From contig OZ219801.1 of NCBI GenBank assembly GCA_964291655.2, positions 416,001 through 480,000 of the forward strand: DNA of 64,000 nucleotides, written 5' to 3'. Source of the stretch: Chloroflexota bacterium. GTDB lineage: Bacteria; Chloroflexota; UBA11872; VXOZ01. How positions within the stretch are numbered: the stretch's first letter is position 1; the number at the start of each line of letters is the position of its first letter. The notes beneath the pieces are model-generated. The model did no database searches. It was given only the letters and a program-made list of their open reading frames with translations, and was not told where the DNA came from. Made by a program: the position numbers and the translations under genes. Below are positions 44,532-54,970 of the stretch, piece after piece.

Positions 44532-45764
44532 TCAAGCCGAGGCCGCCTGCAGCTCTTGCGCCACAAAATCTCTTATGTCAATCCACTCGCCATTGCGCCG
44601 GATCGACTCCTCCGCCGCCAAGCAGATTACGGTGCTTTCCATACCGGCTTCCGGAGTTGCCGTCGCCGGTTTGTCGTGGGCGACGCAGTCCAGGAAACGA
44701 AAGGCCTGGGTCAGGTCACCGGAATGTCCCGGCATACTGCTATCACGGCTGACGTGATAGACGGCCCGATCATTGAGCGGCCGGCGACCGTAGACTTCCA
44801 CCGACCCGCCCTTGACGATTATGCGTCCGTTCGCGCCGACGGCGTCCAGCACCGCGACAGGTCCGGTGGAAGGCGGGGAAAAGAGGCAGAGCTGCAAGCA
44901 GCCCTTCGCGCCGTTCTCGTACTCTACCAGCACCCAGGCGTGATCGATAATGTCGTTGTTTTCCGTCAACACGTGCTGGCCGCCAATGCCCATCACGCGT
45001 GCGGGTTTCGAGTCTACAAACCAGTTGAAGAGATCGAAGCTGTGGCAGTCTTTTTCATTAAGCGCGCCGCCGCTCTGGGACTGGCTGTAGCGCCACGGCG
45101 TCGGCGCAAAGGGTGGGCGAATCGTGCGAGACAATACCATCTGCGGCTGGCCGATCTGGCCGCTTGCCACAATTTCGCGGCCTTTGGTCACCGCCGGATT
45201 GGAACGCTCGTTAAAACCCATAAAGCACTTGCCGCCGCTGCGGTGGGCGGCGTCCACGATTGCCTGGCAGTCCGCTACCGTGGTGGCCAGCGGCTTGTCA
45301 CAGAGCACCCAAGCTCCGGTTTCCAGCGCTGCGACGGCGATCTCCCGATGGGTGAAATTGGCGCTGACCACAACGACGGCGTCCAGATTGGCTTCGTCCA
45401 GCATCTGGCGATAGTCGGTATAGGCTACCGGTGCATCCCGCCCGAACTCTTGAGTGAGGACTTCATTGGCTGTCGCCAGGTGATCTTCCTGTACGTCGCA
45501 TACGGCCACGACATCGGCCTTCAGGTCCCGCGTTTCTACGATCCCGTACTCCTCGAGACTGCGTGCGTATTGCTTGTACATCTCTTCCGGAAACGCAATA
45601 TCCCGGGATTCCCGCAGCTCGGTGCCCCAGTACGAGGTCCGCTTGGCATGACTCCAGTGCCGGTCTGCGCCCAAGTATGCACGGCGGTCAACTTCACTGA
45701 TCCACCGCAGGTAGTTCTGCCCGCGGCCGCCAATACCGACGACGCCGACGCGAATTGCGCTCAT
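44532..45764 (-). CDS. Gfo/Idh/MocA family oxidoreductase
   Basis: GVVGIGGRG, CDKPLA, GFNER and SGGALNEKDCH.FD motifs. Confidence 0.88.
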   Translation of the reverse strand: MSAIRVGVVGIGGRGQNYLRWISEVDRRAYLGADRHWSHAKRTSYWGTELRESRDIAFPEEMYKQYARSLEEYGIVETRDLKADVVAVCDVQEDHLATANEVLTQEFGRDAPVAYTDYRQMLDEANLDAVVVVSANFTHREIAVAALETGAWVLCDKPLATTVADCQAIVDAAHRSGGKCFMGFNERSNPAVTKGREIVASGQIGQPQMVLSRTIRPPFAPTPWRYSQSQSGGALNEKDCHSFDLFNWFVDSKPARVMGIGGQHVLTENNDIIDHAWVLVEYENGAKGCLQLCLFSPPSTGPVAVLDAVGANGRIIVKGGSVEVYGRRPLNDRAVYHVSRDSSMPGHSGDLTQAFRFLDCVAHDKPATATPEAGMESTVICLAAEESIRRNGEWIDIRDFVAQELQAASA

Positions 45765-45857
45765 GCTATAGATTCCTTAAATCCATGATATTGTGTTGCG
45801 GACAAGAGGATGATCCCATCTGAGAAGATAGCTTCAATGGACCGCCGCGAGGCTCAA

Positions 45858-45884
45858 CCGTTCACCCTGAGCCTGTCGAAGGGC
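45858..45884. repeat. Solo copy of the ccgttc...tgagcctgtcgaag element (another degenerate inverted solo at 54843-54867)
   Basis: ccgttcaccctgagcctgtcgaagggc. Confidence 0.75.
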
Positions 45885-45961
45885 AGCACGAAATATGATC
45901 TTCGCTTCGCCAGTCGCCTTGCCCGTCGGAGACCATTGCATAACCCTAGCGGAACCGCGAG

Positions 45962-46160
45962 AATTCCTTTCCCCCGACAGGAGAGGGCGAGAGCCTGCCC
46001 CGTACGTGATGCAGGGGTGAGGGTGAATATCCTGCAATCTCTCCTATCGTAAATCGATAATGCTCCGATGCGTCTTGACACTGCGCAACGCAAAGGGCCA
46101 CTGTAGCAAAAAGACCCCTCACACCGATCCTCTCCCCAAGGAGAAGTAGGTTCTCCCTCT
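45962..46160. repeat. Inverted pair of degenerate GGAGAGGG..GGGGTGAGGG palindromic elements
   Basis: ggagagggc...ggggtgagggtg at 45980-46025 and cccctcacaccgatcctctcccc at about 46115-46137; relatives at 47415-47450, 50606-50640 and 57601-57929. Confidence 0.65.
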
Positions 46161-46188
46161 GCCGGTGGGGGCTATCATGGGTCTCCTG

Positions 46189-47016
46189 TCAGGAGAGCGG
46201 CTTCTTGCCTATGGCCTCTCCATAGGCAAAGGAGAAAAGAGCGCCGGGATGCTCCTTCCACCTATCATAGGCAACTTTCAAATTGTGAACCAACTCTTCC
46301 GACGACGCCCCGTATTTTATGGCCGCTTGCGCTATTTCGGGCGACAAGAGCCACTGGCTGACCACGCGATAGATGGCAGCGATTCCCTCGGGAGAGGTGT
46401 AAATGCTACTGGATGCGCTCATTTGAACGTCGGCGAACCCGGCCTCCTGGAAATGTCCCTTCAATTCCTTGCCCATCTGAGGGTGCCCATCATCTGCTTG
46501 CAGCAGGTCTTCGAACATGTCCCACGACCTTCGCAGGATGCCGAAGTCGGGATACGCAAAGGCCGACTCGCAGATCATTTCACGGCAGGCTATGATGCCG
46601 CCGGGCTTCAGGACGCGTTTGATCTCGGACAGCACGGCCGCGGTGTCCGGAACGTGCATCAGCACGCTGCGACAGTGAGCGACATCAAAGAAGCTGTCCT
46701 CGAACTCGAGATCGGTTACGTCGCCAACGTGAAATGTAGCGTTATCTTGACCCTGCGACGCGGCCATAGACCGAGCCAGTTCGATCAGAGACTCTTCCAT
46801 GTCCACGCCGTGCATCTCGCCAGGCGCAACGGCTTTGGCCAAGCCCACCGATATGGCGCCAGGTCCACAGCCAAAGTCCAGCACGCGAAGGCCAGGTCTG
46901 AGATAGGGGAGCAGATACTCCGCATTGGCTTCCGCCGTTGATCGCAACTGAGTCTCCAAAATCTCTTTGCCGTAGCCCATTGTGTAATCAGGCGTCGCCG
47001 ATGTTTGGAAAACCAT
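46189..47016 (-). CDS. Class I SAM-dependent methyltransferase
   Basis: VLDFGCGPG, SFFDV and RVLKPGG motifs; start uncertain (ORF is open to 47109). Confidence 0.88.
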   Translation of the reverse strand: MVFQTSATPDYTMGYGKEILETQLRSTAEANAEYLLPYLRPGLRVLDFGCGPGAISVGLAKAVAPGEMHGVDMEESLIELARSMAASQGQDNATFHVGDVTDLEFEDSFFDVAHCRSVLMHVPDTAAVLSEIKRVLKPGGIIACREMICESAFAYPDFGILRRSWDMFEDLLQADDGHPQMGKELKGHFQEAGFADVQMSASSSIYTSPEGIAAIYRVVSQWLLSPEIAQAAIKYGASSEELVHNLKVAYDRWKEHPGALFSFAYGEAIGKKPLS

Positions 47017-47587
47017 AGTAGCGTTTGCTTCGACCTCCTCTTCAACAACAGCCTTGGGACATGCGCCTGCAGTCTGGCTGCAATTCGGGCAAAAGAGCAC
47101 GCCGCCCACTCCAACTCAAAAGTCTCGGAGCGGTAAGCAGCTCATCCTGTGAAGACATCCGCCTCATCGTCCAACGGGACATATCCGCAGATTCGGGCGG
47201 TCTCAGCAACAATGGTGAGAAATGTCGCGGGGATACTCGGGCTTTCATGACGGCCAACTCAGGCAACAGACTCGGCAAGGCCACAGAATCTCTGTCGACA
47301 ACCATAGTGAAAGCTAGTATCTCAGAATTGGCCTGCAAAGTCGATCCTGCCGTCGCAGACAGCCATCGGAATCTCTTGCACAACCCTTGCGTAGTCCCCC
47401 TGCAGTCGAGAGAACCTCCTTCTCCCTGGGAAGAGGGCCGCATTGAGGGGAATCTTCACCTCTCCGGCCTAAGTTCATTCCCTCGTCAGAAATTCGCATG
47501 GGTCACCTAAGGAACATCTCCGCAGGATTGTTCTCTGCGGAGATGTCACTCATTGATCAGCAATTGCAGGAGAAGCCGGCTTGGCTC

Positions 47588-48973
47588 CTATCCCTGGTGC
47601 CTGCCCGTCTCCTCCAGGCGCGCGACCCACATGGCGTCCAGTTCCCGCGCTACCTCTTCCACCGACTTGGTGCCTTCCCAAATTTGCGGCAGCGCCTGGC
47701 GCGCGCTTTGGTCGAAGAATCTGCCGTCCCAACTGCCGCCAAAGGGCACCACGGCGAAGTCAGGATTCTGCAAGAAGCGCGTGCGATTTTCCGGCTTGGT
47801 GAGATACTCATTCCAGAAGAACTCATTGGCCGCGATCAACGCAGACGGAGAACCCGACGGGAACGAAATTGCCCGCGCCATCCCCCACTCGCCGCCGTCG
47901 AAGTTTGTAAACCATTTCAGCACCTCCCAGGACGCATCCTGGGCATCGGACGTGCTAAACATTGAGGCGCCGCCGGAGCCGAAGAACGTGTATCTGCCTT
48001 CGGGTCCCTGGGGCATGAGGCCGACGTCAAAGTCAAGCCCTTCTACGCTCGCCAACCGCACAGCGGCCCACTCCGGCAGGAATGAGATTGCGATCTTGCC
48101 TTGGGCAAAGCCATTATTCCAGCCCAGCGCCGGGTAGGGATGGGTGCGGTCCTTGAGCATCAGGTCGGCGATGAATTGCAGGGCGGCAATTGACTTGGGG
48201 TCGGTGATCACCGACCGCGTATTGTCATCGGCGAGAAAACCACCGCCAAACGACCGCAGCACGTGATCGATGCGCACCAGCCTGAACTCAACGCCCCACG
48301 ACTCCGGCTCGCCGTCATTGTTGGCGTCTTTCGTCAGGACACGCGCCATCTCGCGCAGGTCGTCCCATGTCCAGTCTTCGCCCGGTTCGTCTAATCCGGC
48401 CTCCGCGAGCAGTGTCTTGTTGTAGTAGACGCCCTCGGTGGCATGGTTCCACGGCAAGGCCCATTGCCCGCCTTCCGGCACGCGGTAAAACTCGGTGACA
48501 CGCGGATAGTAGGCCGCGATGTCGAAGTTCGTATCTGCCTTGATGTGGTCATCCAAGTTTACCAGCACGCCCTCGGCCGCATAGGTGAAGTGGCCGCCGG
48601 ACATGTGCAGCACGTCGGCGTTGGCGCCCGCGGCGACAAATGTGGCGATTTGCTGCTGATAATTCGTGCCCGCCTCCGCAATGATCAGCTTAATCTCGAT
48701 GCTCGGATTCTTTTCATGGAAGTTTGCCAGCCACGCATCCATGGCGTCGACGCTGCGCCCGGCAAAGGGGCCGATTAAGAACTCAACCTCGGTCGGCTCA
48801 GCCGGTGCGGGCGCCTCTTGCTTGGCCTCTTCTTCCTTCGGCGCCATGGCTTCTTCTTCCGCAGCCGGGACCGTGGCAACAGTGCCGCACGCCGCCAAGC
48901 CCAATATACCTAACGTGCCACCAAAGCCCTGCAAGAGCCGGCGCCGACTCAAGCCAACTGAATCCACCTTCAT
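47588..48973 (-). CDS. Sugar ABC transporter substrate-binding lipoprotein (family 1)
   Basis: Tat signal SRRRLL plus lipobox LAAC; YYNK.L..AG..P..WTWDDL motif. Confidence 0.88.
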   Translation of the reverse strand: MKVDSVGLSRRRLLQGFGGTLGILGLAACGTVATVPAAEEEAMAPKEEEAKQEAPAPAEPTEVEFLIGPFAGRSVDAMDAWLANFHEKNPSIEIKLIIAEAGTNYQQQIATFVAAGANADVLHMSGGHFTYAAEGVLVNLDDHIKADTNFDIAAYYPRVTEFYRVPEGGQWALPWNHATEGVYYNKTLLAEAGLDEPGEDWTWDDLREMARVLTKDANNDGEPESWGVEFRLVRIDHVLRSFGGGFLADDNTRSVITDPKSIAALQFIADLMLKDRTHPYPALGWNNGFAQGKIAISFLPEWAAVRLASVEGLDFDVGLMPQGPEGRYTFFGSGGASMFSTSDAQDASWEVLKWFTNFDGGEWGMARAISFPSGSPSALIAANEFFWNEYLTKPENRTRFLQNPDFAVVPFGGSWDGRFFDQSARQALPQIWEGTKSVEEVARELDAMWVARLEETGRHQG

Positions 48974-49542
48974 GCTCGTATCCTCCCGTACGCTATGCAC
49001 TTCGCTAGAACAGCAACTCTGTCTGCCAAGCAGCCCGCGGGGACTACTTAGCCGAGCTGCATGAGTTGCAGTTCCGCGACATTATAACATACACTGTCCG
49101 CCCAGATAGTCCAGCCTCTAGGTAGTAAAGGCCGAGGTAAGCATACGGGGCAAACTTCCGCCAATGAGCATCCTCTAAAACTGCTAAGACCCATCGTTAC
49201 CCCAGACCGCTTCAAGCTCATTGGACATGAGCACCAAGTGGACGGCAAATCACACCGGTTCTCTATAGAGCAGCTTCACCAATACACCTCCAGGCTGCCG
49301 CGCTATACTGTGATGAACCCCCTCTCGACCCTACCCAAGCAGATTGGCTGTCATATAACCACGGGTGGGGACAGCATAGGGAATCTATCGGGTATTCTGT
49401 GGCATGTGCGACTGAGAGTTCGCATTTGCCAGTGGACAATACCAGGACTCAGACTACTTAAGCACGAGTATGCGGGAAACTGAACGGGAGCACAAAGCAA
49501 GGCCGCCGGAAAGAGCCAGCCATGAGTAAGGCGGAGCGCTAG

Positions 49543-50418
49543 ATGACCCTACTCGCGTTGCTGCTCGTGCTGGGAGCTGCCTTGGCGCATGCCACGTGGA
49601 ATCTGCTCCTCAAGCGCAGCGGCATTCCGCTCATCTACACCTGGAATATTACAGTTGCGGGCACGCTCGTCACTCTGCCGGTAGCCGCCTACTTTCTGGC
49701 TCGCGCCGAGATTTCGCTCACCGGTTGGGGTTTCTTTCTGGGTACGGCGATCATTCACGCGTTCTACTTCACATTGCTTGCGCAAGCTTACGAACACGGC
49801 GACATGTCGCTCGTCTATCCCCTTGCCCGCGGCATGGGCGTGGCGCTCACTCCCATCGGTGCGGTGCTCATACTGGGCGAGCACATCACCCTGCCGCAAG
49901 GGCTTGGCATTGCCGGCATCGTGCTGGGACTTCTCATTCTTCAGATCCCACCTGATCTCTCTCGGCAGACCCTGGCCGCGCACTTCCGACCGGCGGCCGG
50001 GCTCGCCTTTGCCGTAGTAACCGGCGTCACTATCGCGACCTATTCGCTGTGGGACAAAGTGGGAGTCTCCCACGTGCCGCCGTTGCTGTACGTCACCGGC
50101 GCCTTCCTCGGTCCGGCAATATCAATGTCGTGGATGCTCCGCCGCCGCGTAGGCACGTTGCTTGCGGTGTGGCGGGCGCATCCGGCCACCATGGGCGCCG
50201 GGGCGGTGCTCTCTCCACTGGCCTACAGTCTCGCGCTGGTGGCACTCTCAATCGGCCAGGTGAGTCAAGTGGCGCCATTGCGGGAAGTAGGGGTGGTTAT
50301 CGGCACGGTACTTGGCATCATTGTTTTGCGCGAGCAATCGCCGGTGCCGCGCATTGGGGGCGCAGTCGTAATCGCCCTGGGGGCTATCGTTCTGGCGTAT
50401 AGCAGTGTGACGTTTTAG
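49543..50418 (+). CDS. EamA/DMT family transporter
   Basis: About 10 hydrophobic segments; HATWN, AY..GD.S.VYP.ARG and APLRE motifs. Confidence 0.88.
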   Translation: MTLLALLLVLGAALAHATWNLLLKRSGIPLIYTWNITVAGTLVTLPVAAYFLARAEISLTGWGFFLGTAIIHAFYFTLLAQAYEHGDMSLVYPLARGMGVALTPIGAVLILGEHITLPQGLGIAGIVLGLLILQIPPDLSRQTLAAHFRPAAGLAFAVVTGVTIATYSLWDKVGVSHVPPLLYVTGAFLGPAISMSWMLRRRVGTLLAVWRAHPATMGAGAVLSPLAYSLALVALSIGQVSQVAPLREVGVVIGTVLGIIVLREQSPVPRIGGAVVIALGAIVLAYSSVTF

Positions 50419-50667
50419 CACACAAATATCCTTGCTTTGATATGCAAGGTCAGCGGCACTCCAGAAGCGAAGAGGCGGGGGACAAGCCCCCGCGCTACGT
50501 CTTGGCTTGAAGCCGGACAGTCTCTAGATGCCAAAGCCGACAGGCGAAAAGATCCCCTTGGCTAAGAATTCCCCTGCGCAACTTCGGCAGTTGGCGCAAG
50601 AGTACCTCCCTCTCCTCGGGGAGAGGGCCGGGGTGAGGGGGACCCTTCAGGCACTAAAGCCGCAGCG

Positions 50668-51534
50668 CTAGTCGCCGGAACGCTCTGTCTGTGCTAGAAC
50701 GGCGTCAAGCGCCTCTTTGGCGGTGCCCACCGCTACGTCCCAGTCCTGGTTGCGAAACTCGTCATCGAAGATCTCGATGGCGACGTAGCCGTCGAAGCCG
50801 ATCTCCGCAATTGCCTGGAACCAACCCGTCAGATCGATGACGCCCTTACCCGGCAGCACGCGGTCCGTGTCTTCCAGGGTCATCACGTCGGCATGGGGCG
50901 CGTCATTTACATGCAGGTGCACGATGTCCTCCGCACGCAATGAGCGGATCTGCGATAGATCGCCGCCGCTTGTGAAGTAGTGGAACGAATCTAGGATCAA
51001 GCCGACGTTGGGCCGGCCGGTTTCGCGCAGCATCGCTATAGTGTCCGGCACGTTGTTGAGGAAAGCGTGTGGTTCCTCCAGCTGGAACGTGCGCAGGCCT
51101 ATAAACTCCAGACCGATAGCAATGCCGTGGGGTTCCGCTCGTTCTGCCAGAATTGCCACGCGATCTCTCAGAATGCGCCGGGCCTCGTCAGGCGGCAGCG
51201 ACATGCGATTCGGAAAGAACGATCCCGTGCGCTGACACCCCACCGACGCCGCCAACGCGCAGTTTTCCGAGAACTGGTCGAGCGCCTGCATGAACTCAAC
51301 CTCCGGAGAGAAGAGTCCTGCCGGAATGAAGCCCATGTAGGCCGGTGATGTTTCAAATTCAGCGAAGAATTCGCGCACCGCCGCAGCGGAGGTCTGCTCG
51401 GCCCGCGCTCGCACTTCAGCAAACGAGGCGTCTACACCTGGAAACCCAAACCGCTGCGAAAGCGAGAGGACGTCTTCAAATGAATAGCCCGGTTTCAATA
51501 TAGACCCATGCATCGACGGTTGCGGTAAAGTCAT
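50668..51534 (-). CDS. Sugar phosphate isomerase/epimerase (xylose isomerase-like TIM barrel)
   Basis: LEF, LDSFH, HLHVND, R.LPG.G.ID and G.DG...IE motifs. Confidence 0.88.
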   Translation of the reverse strand: MTLPQPSMHGSILKPGYSFEDVLSLSQRFGFPGVDASFAEVRARAEQTSAAAVREFFAEFETSPAYMGFIPAGLFSPEVEFMQALDQFSENCALAASVGCQRTGSFFPNRMSLPPDEARRILRDRVAILAERAEPHGIAIGLEFIGLRTFQLEEPHAFLNNVPDTIAMLRETGRPNVGLILDSFHYFTSGGDLSQIRSLRAEDIVHLHVNDAPHADVMTLEDTDRVLPGKGVIDLTGWFQAIAEIGFDGYVAIEIFDDEFRNQDWDVAVGTAKEALDAVLAQTERSGD

Positions 51535-51589
51535 CTTCAGAATCTCCTAGGTAATCTTGCGGTTCTCCGGGTGTTCGCTAGCGCCCTCC

Positions 51590-52561
51590 TCAACGTTCAG
51601 CGGAAGAGTCGAACGCCCAAAACTGTTCTTCTTCGAGCACTTCGTCAGGTATTGCCGGCCAACCTGCTGTGCCTATCCGTGTCGCATACCTGTCGAGTGC
51701 GCGCTGCTTTGCTGCCGGGTCGGTCACGGGAACCCGCCGGTCGAGAGGCGGTTGCTCCTCCTCCAATGCCTGCGCGTATGCGAACACCTGCGCCTCCCGA
51801 GGCGCGACTTCCCGCAGCGACCGCGCTATCAGCCGCCCGGCTGCCGCCACCGTTTCGTCCGCGCTCGCAGGTGAAGGCAAGTATATCTCTGCGGGGTTCA
51901 GTTCAACAAGTATGTCGTTCAGGTCGTGGAGGATCGCATTGAAGGAATACGGCACGCCTAGACCGGAACGAAGCATGCGATACGGTGTGATGCCGGCATC
52001 GAAGAGACCGTCCTTCTCGGTAAACGGCGAACGAACCACGTCATCCGGCGCATCTTCTGTCAATTCATGCAACACGCCATCCGGATACGAGAGGAAGACT
52101 GCATCATCCCGTTTCATGCCAAGTGCATTCTCCGCTGCGTGGAGCGCCACGTCTTGCAGGACAGCCGCTGCCTGCAAATACTGTTCCGGCGTCGGCGCAG
52201 CGCTATCGGAAAGGCCGGCAAGCTCTTGCGCTGCGTCGGTCTGGGCATCGCCGTTGGTGACGTAAACGATGACGACGCGCTTGCCTTGCGTGACTGCTAG
52301 TCTGATCGTCGCGTATGCCGACACTACCGCATCTCCGGGACGCGCGGCGAACACTACCACGTCTGCCTTGGCGATTGGGTCGGTGTCAATAACAGCGGGA
52401 GCGGCAGGCACGAAATCAGCAGCAGGTTGAATCTGCGGCTGTGAACGCACAGAGTCATAGAGACGACCCATGCGCTGCGAATACGTTTCCGCGGCACAAC
52501 CGACCAGCAGCACAAGAAGCGGCAGACACAAGAGCCGTCGCACCACAAGCCATGCCATCAC
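51590..52561 (-). CDS. PIG-L/LmbE deacetylase-like lipoprotein with a degenerate metal site
   Basis: Lipobox LVGC, VYVTNGD, FLSYPDG and KQRALDRY; HPDD is replaced by RPGD. Confidence 0.7.
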   Translation of the reverse strand: MMAWLVVRRLLCLPLLVLLVGCAAETYSQRMGRLYDSVRSQPQIQPAADFVPAAPAVIDTDPIAKADVVVFAARPGDAVVSAYATIRLAVTQGKRVVIVYVTNGDAQTDAAQELAGLSDSAAPTPEQYLQAAAVLQDVALHAAENALGMKRDDAVFLSYPDGVLHELTEDAPDDVVRSPFTEKDGLFDAGITPYRMLRSGLGVPYSFNAILHDLNDILVELNPAEIYLPSPASADETVAAAGRLIARSLREVAPREAQVFAYAQALEEEQPPLDRRVPVTDPAAKQRALDRYATRIGTAGWPAIPDEVLEEEQFWAFDSSAER

Positions 52562-53358
52562 ATTCTTCCTACCAGCTCGATGAGGTTTTCGCCTCGATAG
52601 CAGACCGTAGTACCGTTTCGGCGTACGCTACGCACCCCATCGCACGCGTGAGCATCGGCATATTCCGGGGAGGTGTACTGCAAGCACAATTCGTACGGCG
52701 GGGCAAAGACAAGAGGGGGTACAGATTGCCCTTGACGCACTGCCAGCGCTGCGGCTCTATGTATCCTGGCGTGCTGATCTGAAGAAGGCAAGAGCCTGGC
52801 GGCGTGCCTGCCCAGCCCGGTCTTTACCGGCACTACCTCAACCTCAGGACCGAGCAGAGTGCGCGCCTCGGCGCACAATTTGTCGTCACCGACCACTAAT
52901 CCTACCGGTATGCCGTAGACGCCGGCACACGCGGCGCTCAACCCAAGTTCACCAATCGCGACGTTATTCAGCCAGACGTCGCTCCAGCGGGATGAACTCA
53001 CGGTATGGTCCCGGAATGCGTGCAACCTCCCCTGTGCGGCGTGGTAACCCAGGCAGAAGTATAGGTCAATGTCCGGTTCCAGGACCGCATGTTGGGGATA
53101 GGGTAAATTTCCCATGTAGACGTGCGCGCGGGGGTCAAGCTGCTCGACGATCATGTTCATACTGCTGCCGTGGTTATCGTGGACGATGACGTCGGTTGCG
53201 CCGCCGTCAAATGCTCCCGCCACGGCAGCGTTGACTTCCGCCATCACCAATCTTCGTCCCTGTTGATACTGCCGACCCCCAATGTGGCGGGAAATCTGCT
53301 CGCGCAGCGCAACGCCGGCCAGCCCTTCCATGTCAACGCTCAAGTATACGCGCGCCAA
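52558..53358 (-). CDS. dppA: D-aminopeptidase (peptidase M55)
   Basis: SVDMEG, D.HG, GYHA, HT, GE and GDD motifs. Confidence 0.88.
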   Translation of the reverse strand: MARVYLSVDMEGLAGVALREQISRHIGGRQYQQGRRLVMAEVNAAVAGAFDGGATDVIVHDNHGSSMNMIVEQLDPRAHVYMGNLPYPQHAVLEPDIDLYFCLGYHAAQGRLHAFRDHTVSSSRWSDVWLNNVAIGELGLSAACAGVYGIPVGLVVGDDKLCAEARTLLGPEVEVVPVKTGLGRHAARLLPSSDQHARIHRAAALAVRQGQSVPPLVFAPPYELCLQYTSPEYADAHACDGVRSVRRNGTTVCYRGENLIELVGRM

Positions 53359-53541
53359 TGCTTGCCTCCGAGGATCCTACGCACCAGTCTAGTATCGCCT
53401 ACGCAGCCAATCTGCGCTACACTATGGAGGTAAGCTTTAGCTTAGTTTCAGCGCGCCAGCGCGCGCACTCGACCTCGCAGCTCGTCCCGATCGGGCCCCT
53501 TCTCGTTATTTCATCCTCAAGCGCACATTGGTTGCAGTTAA

Positions 53542-54561
53542 ATGATTACCCCCGTTAGCCGCGTACGCACGTGCATCATTGGCGCCGGCGCCACAGCCCG
53601 GAAGCATATAGTCGGCTGGCAGGCAGTGAAAGATTCTCACGTTGTTGCCGTGGTTGACATGGACGAGGCGCGCGCGTACGGCTTAGCCCAAGAGTACGGG
53701 ATCGACACTGTCAGTACAGACTACTCCGCAGTTATTGCACGGGCCGACATAAACATCGTTTCATTGTGCACCTCGTTGGCACTGAACGGACCCATCGCTC
53801 TTGACGCCATAGAGAACCACAAACATGTCTTCTGCGAGCGCAACACCACCCACGTCTTGGGCGAGTGTGACACGCTCTTGGCATCGGCACGCCGCAACCG
53901 GGTCGCAGTGGGCATGAGCTTCCCTCGCCGCTACTCGCTCAGCTTCACGCGCATCCGTGAGATGATGGATGAAGAGACGCTCGGCCGGCCGGTAATATAC
54001 CGCGTGCATTGTCTCATGCCTGCCCCAAGCAGCTCGTCCGAACGCAGGGAAACGCGAGACACGAAAGTCTTTCTCAACCTATTTGCAGACCACTACGATC
54101 TCTGGGCATGGCTCTTCCGCAGCGACGTCGTCCGCGTGAATGCTCGCGGCTTCAGTTGGGCGAACTTTGAGTCGGACCAGCGCAAAAGGCTAGGCACCGC
54201 ACCTGATTCCGGCGTGGCACTAATCGAATACAGCTCCGGCGACATTGGAGTCATTACCGCTTCTTGCAGTATGCAGGCGGGGTTCAAGCCCTTCCTAGCG
54301 CAAGAGGAAGAGCTCATCGGGCCACAGGGTGTACTCACCAATCTCCAACCCAAACAATTCAGGCACATAGACCATCGAGGCAAGGCGCAAGAATTCGAAT
54401 TTCAGCCCCATGATGCGTATACCGCGGCAATACAGGATTTCGCTAGCCGCATACGTCGCGGGGAACCGCCTCGCGTCTCCGGCGATGATGGCAGACGCGC
54501 GCTCCGCGTGGGACTTGCCGTCACGGAATCTATGGAATCGGGTGAAACGGTCGAGTACTGA
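53542..54561 (+). CDS. Gfo/Idh/MocA family oxidoreductase (divergent)
   Basis: IIGAG, KHVFCE and ES.ESG C-terminus; the EKP motif is altered to ERN. Confidence 0.8.
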   Translation: MITPVSRVRTCIIGAGATARKHIVGWQAVKDSHVVAVVDMDEARAYGLAQEYGIDTVSTDYSAVIARADINIVSLCTSLALNGPIALDAIENHKHVFCERNTTHVLGECDTLLASARRNRVAVGMSFPRRYSLSFTRIREMMDEETLGRPVIYRVHCLMPAPSSSSERRETRDTKVFLNLFADHYDLWAWLFRSDVVRVNARGFSWANFESDQRKRLGTAPDSGVALIEYSSGDIGVITASCSMQAGFKPFLAQEEELIGPQGVLTNLQPKQFRHIDHRGKAQEFEFQPHDAYTAAIQDFASRIRRGEPPRVSGDDGRRALRVGLAVTESMESGETVEY

Positions 54562-54970
54562 GTCAGGTTTGGCAGGGTCATTGCAAGTTATTGTCATCAT
54601 GTTTCAGGGCCAATCGTCATTGCTATGAGAATAGACCTTACTGTAGCGCGGGGGCTTGTCCCCCGCTGCTGACAGGGCGCATGCGGTGCTGGCGGATGGT
54701 TTCCGCTCTCGCGGGAATGACGGATTTACTTTGAAAAGGCCCTGCAAGTTTGGCCAGAACCTTGCAAGAGGCCGTAACATAAGAGCTTTACTAGAGGAAT
54801 GAGTATACCGCCACAAAGCGCAGGAAACTGCCCTCTGCTCGCGCTTCGACAAGCTCGGCGCTAACGGTTAGTATTTCTCGCACTTATTGTGGAGGACTCC
54901 GAACACTCCCCGCACGCCCAAAACACTCTCCCTACACCACCAGCAACACCTAGAGAGCGAGAACACGCTT

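Noticed and set aside
44556-45788. 410-aa antisense ORF
   Set aside because: It is a shadow of the oxidoreductase on the opposite strand, expected with GC-rich codon bias, and has no recognisable motifs.
47042-47510. Intergenic ORFs of 133-161 aa
   Set aside because: They have no motifs or RBS support and partly run through a degenerate palindrome.
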